Positions 62,100 through 64,000 of a stretch of 64,000 bases of DNA are shown in pieces. Source of the stretch: Eledone cirrhosa (Eukaryota). The number at the start of each line of letters is the position of its first letter. Position 1 is the stretch's first letter. The translations under genes and the position numbers were made by a program. The stretch covers positions 332,692,001 to 332,756,000 of the forward strand of contig OZ024740.1 of NCBI GenBank assembly GCA_964016885.1, given 5' to 3'. The notes under the pieces are model-generated. The model searched no databases. It saw only the letters and a program-made list of their open reading frames with translations, and was not told where the DNA came from.

Positions 62100-63049
62100 A
62101 AACAACATATGAGAACATAAATCATTACTTTAGAATGGTAATTGTACTAATGAGATGTTATAATCATAGTCGGCTTTACCTGCGCATTGCGACATTGTAT
62201 TTGACTTCAAATATCTATGGCATTAGAATCAAATGTTTGTAAAGGAATTCTCTCTGCTTTGGTCGTTATTTGAAATTGGATAATAAAATTAAATTATTTG
62301 TTCATTATCAAACAGTAAAAAGGCAAGATCACAGGCGCAAGCATACATGTATCACCATTTTTTCTACATGCTATATCATTGGTAGAGAGTTGCTTGACAA
62401 CAATATTTTGAAACATCAAAACCTATAAATGTTTCTAGATTATTTTTCAAATTGATATTTCTATGAATTCCTTTGAGCTGCGTAACCTATCAATGGTTTC
62501 CTAATATATGATGCTCAGTGAATAACTACGCATAACTTCCAATTCGTTTAAACCGTGCAACGCAAAAAGCTAAGGAAACCATACAGTAAAACCACATCAG
62601 TGATAGGATTACAGCAATATCTATTTATAATGTACGAAAATTACATTAAATGATGGACATGAGGAGGTAAAGTTTAAATCAACATAATTTTTATTAAATT
62701 AGGAATGAAAACAACTTACTAGCAAGAATGTGTTAGTGATTACGTTGAATCCTAGCGGGTAATGATTTGTCTCTGAACCTGCCAAAGGTGTGACAACATG
62801 GTAGCTACTAGATGTCGATGTCATTTTGTTTATTTAAATAAGGTATATCTTACAGTAATTTAGCATTGGCAGTGGAGAAGCAAGAACTATAAAACTAGAC
62901 ATATATGTCTTGAAATAGATAACTTGATGTCAGCAATTTACTTTCATGTATTTTGACATGCATCAACGTGACGGTAAAAACACGTTTCTATGTATATGAA
63001 ATTATAAATGCGCGCGCGCCAACTTTCACACATACGCCCCCCCCCCCCC

Positions 63050-63095
<46 letters not shown>

Positions 63096-63760
63096 TATCC
63101 ATTGATTTTTATTGTGCCCTTTATTCCTATCGTAGGAGGTTCCTTCCCTTCCCATTATAATATTCAATTTTTTCCATATAAATGGTCATCTATCTAAGAA
63201 CTTTTACGCCGCAATAATAATTCTATGAGAACTAACGTCCACAGTTGGATTGTGTATGCAGCACTATTGTAATTGTTGCTGTACTATGAGATAATTTGCT
63301 AAATTTTCCGGTACATTTGTGTAATAGAAATACATTTATTTGGTGCATAAATCATACAATATAGAGGCCATCCTCAAATAACGTAATATCATACATCATA
63401 CCTGCCCATATTACTTGGTAAAATCATCACATTGAATAATAACTATTTCCATTAATCATTATGTCATACTAGCTATGTAGAAATACATTATTGAAATAGA
63501 GTGGAACATATGGAATAAAGTCTAACTTTCGTTATTATTCGAATTATAAATATACCGGAATTAATATTGTTCCTGAATACATACGATACACATTGTTTTA
63601 ATATTCATTCAACAAATTATTCATAGATTATTTAACACATTCAAATGTTGAAATATAGAAAATCTTGATGGTCATTTGCGCATTGTAGCATAGGCATCAT
63701 TTACCGGATATACTGTCTGTGTAATTTAACATTTCAGGTGGTAGCAAATAATAAGTAAGT
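62100..63760 (+). pseudogene. Possible LRR gene relic
   Basis: Only scattered fragments: LDNNILKH (~62393) and LDVSNL (~62923). Confidence 0.2.
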
Positions 63761-64000
63761 ATGCTAATTTCGAGGTATAAATTCACTGATATTATTTGCT
63801 CATTGCCTGGTTTGTTTCTCTCATATAAAGTTTATGAATAATACATAGCTTAAAATAATTCAAGACATATTTACGTTGAATTTGTGTGTGTGGAGCATTA
63901 GTATATATTTGATTTATGTAACTATGATTATAATTTTTAATATGCTGTTTGATGACTATAATAACAAATCTCTGAAAAATCAGACTCACACCCGTCGGCA

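Overview
AT-rich, microsatellite-saturated eukaryotic DNA with no intact protein-coding gene. The repeat style suggests an octopus-like mollusc, but that is inference. Three layers are visible. (1) Old, heavily decayed LRR/Toll-like-receptor-like gene relics on both strands. (2) Transposon fossils: about 15 copies of a tRNA-derived SINE, a second SINE, RTE/RTEX fragments, a GC-rich CRE-like RT with a PHD finger, an R4/Dong-like RT, a mariner-type (maT/DD37D-like) element and two Penelope-like elements (PLEs). (3) The main signal: several distinct families of small non-coding elements that carry type I hammerhead ribozyme (HHR) motifs, sit in (TA)n tracts and form tandem or fold-back structures. 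The largest is a near-perfect 311-bp tandem array (about 17 units plus about 2 inverted units, 33472-39390), which lies exactly between two tail-to-tail PLEs that each end in their own HHR. This resembles a PLE-driven retrozyme system. All structure and family calls were made by eye. Ribozyme activity is untested, and the boundaries of degraded elements are approximate.
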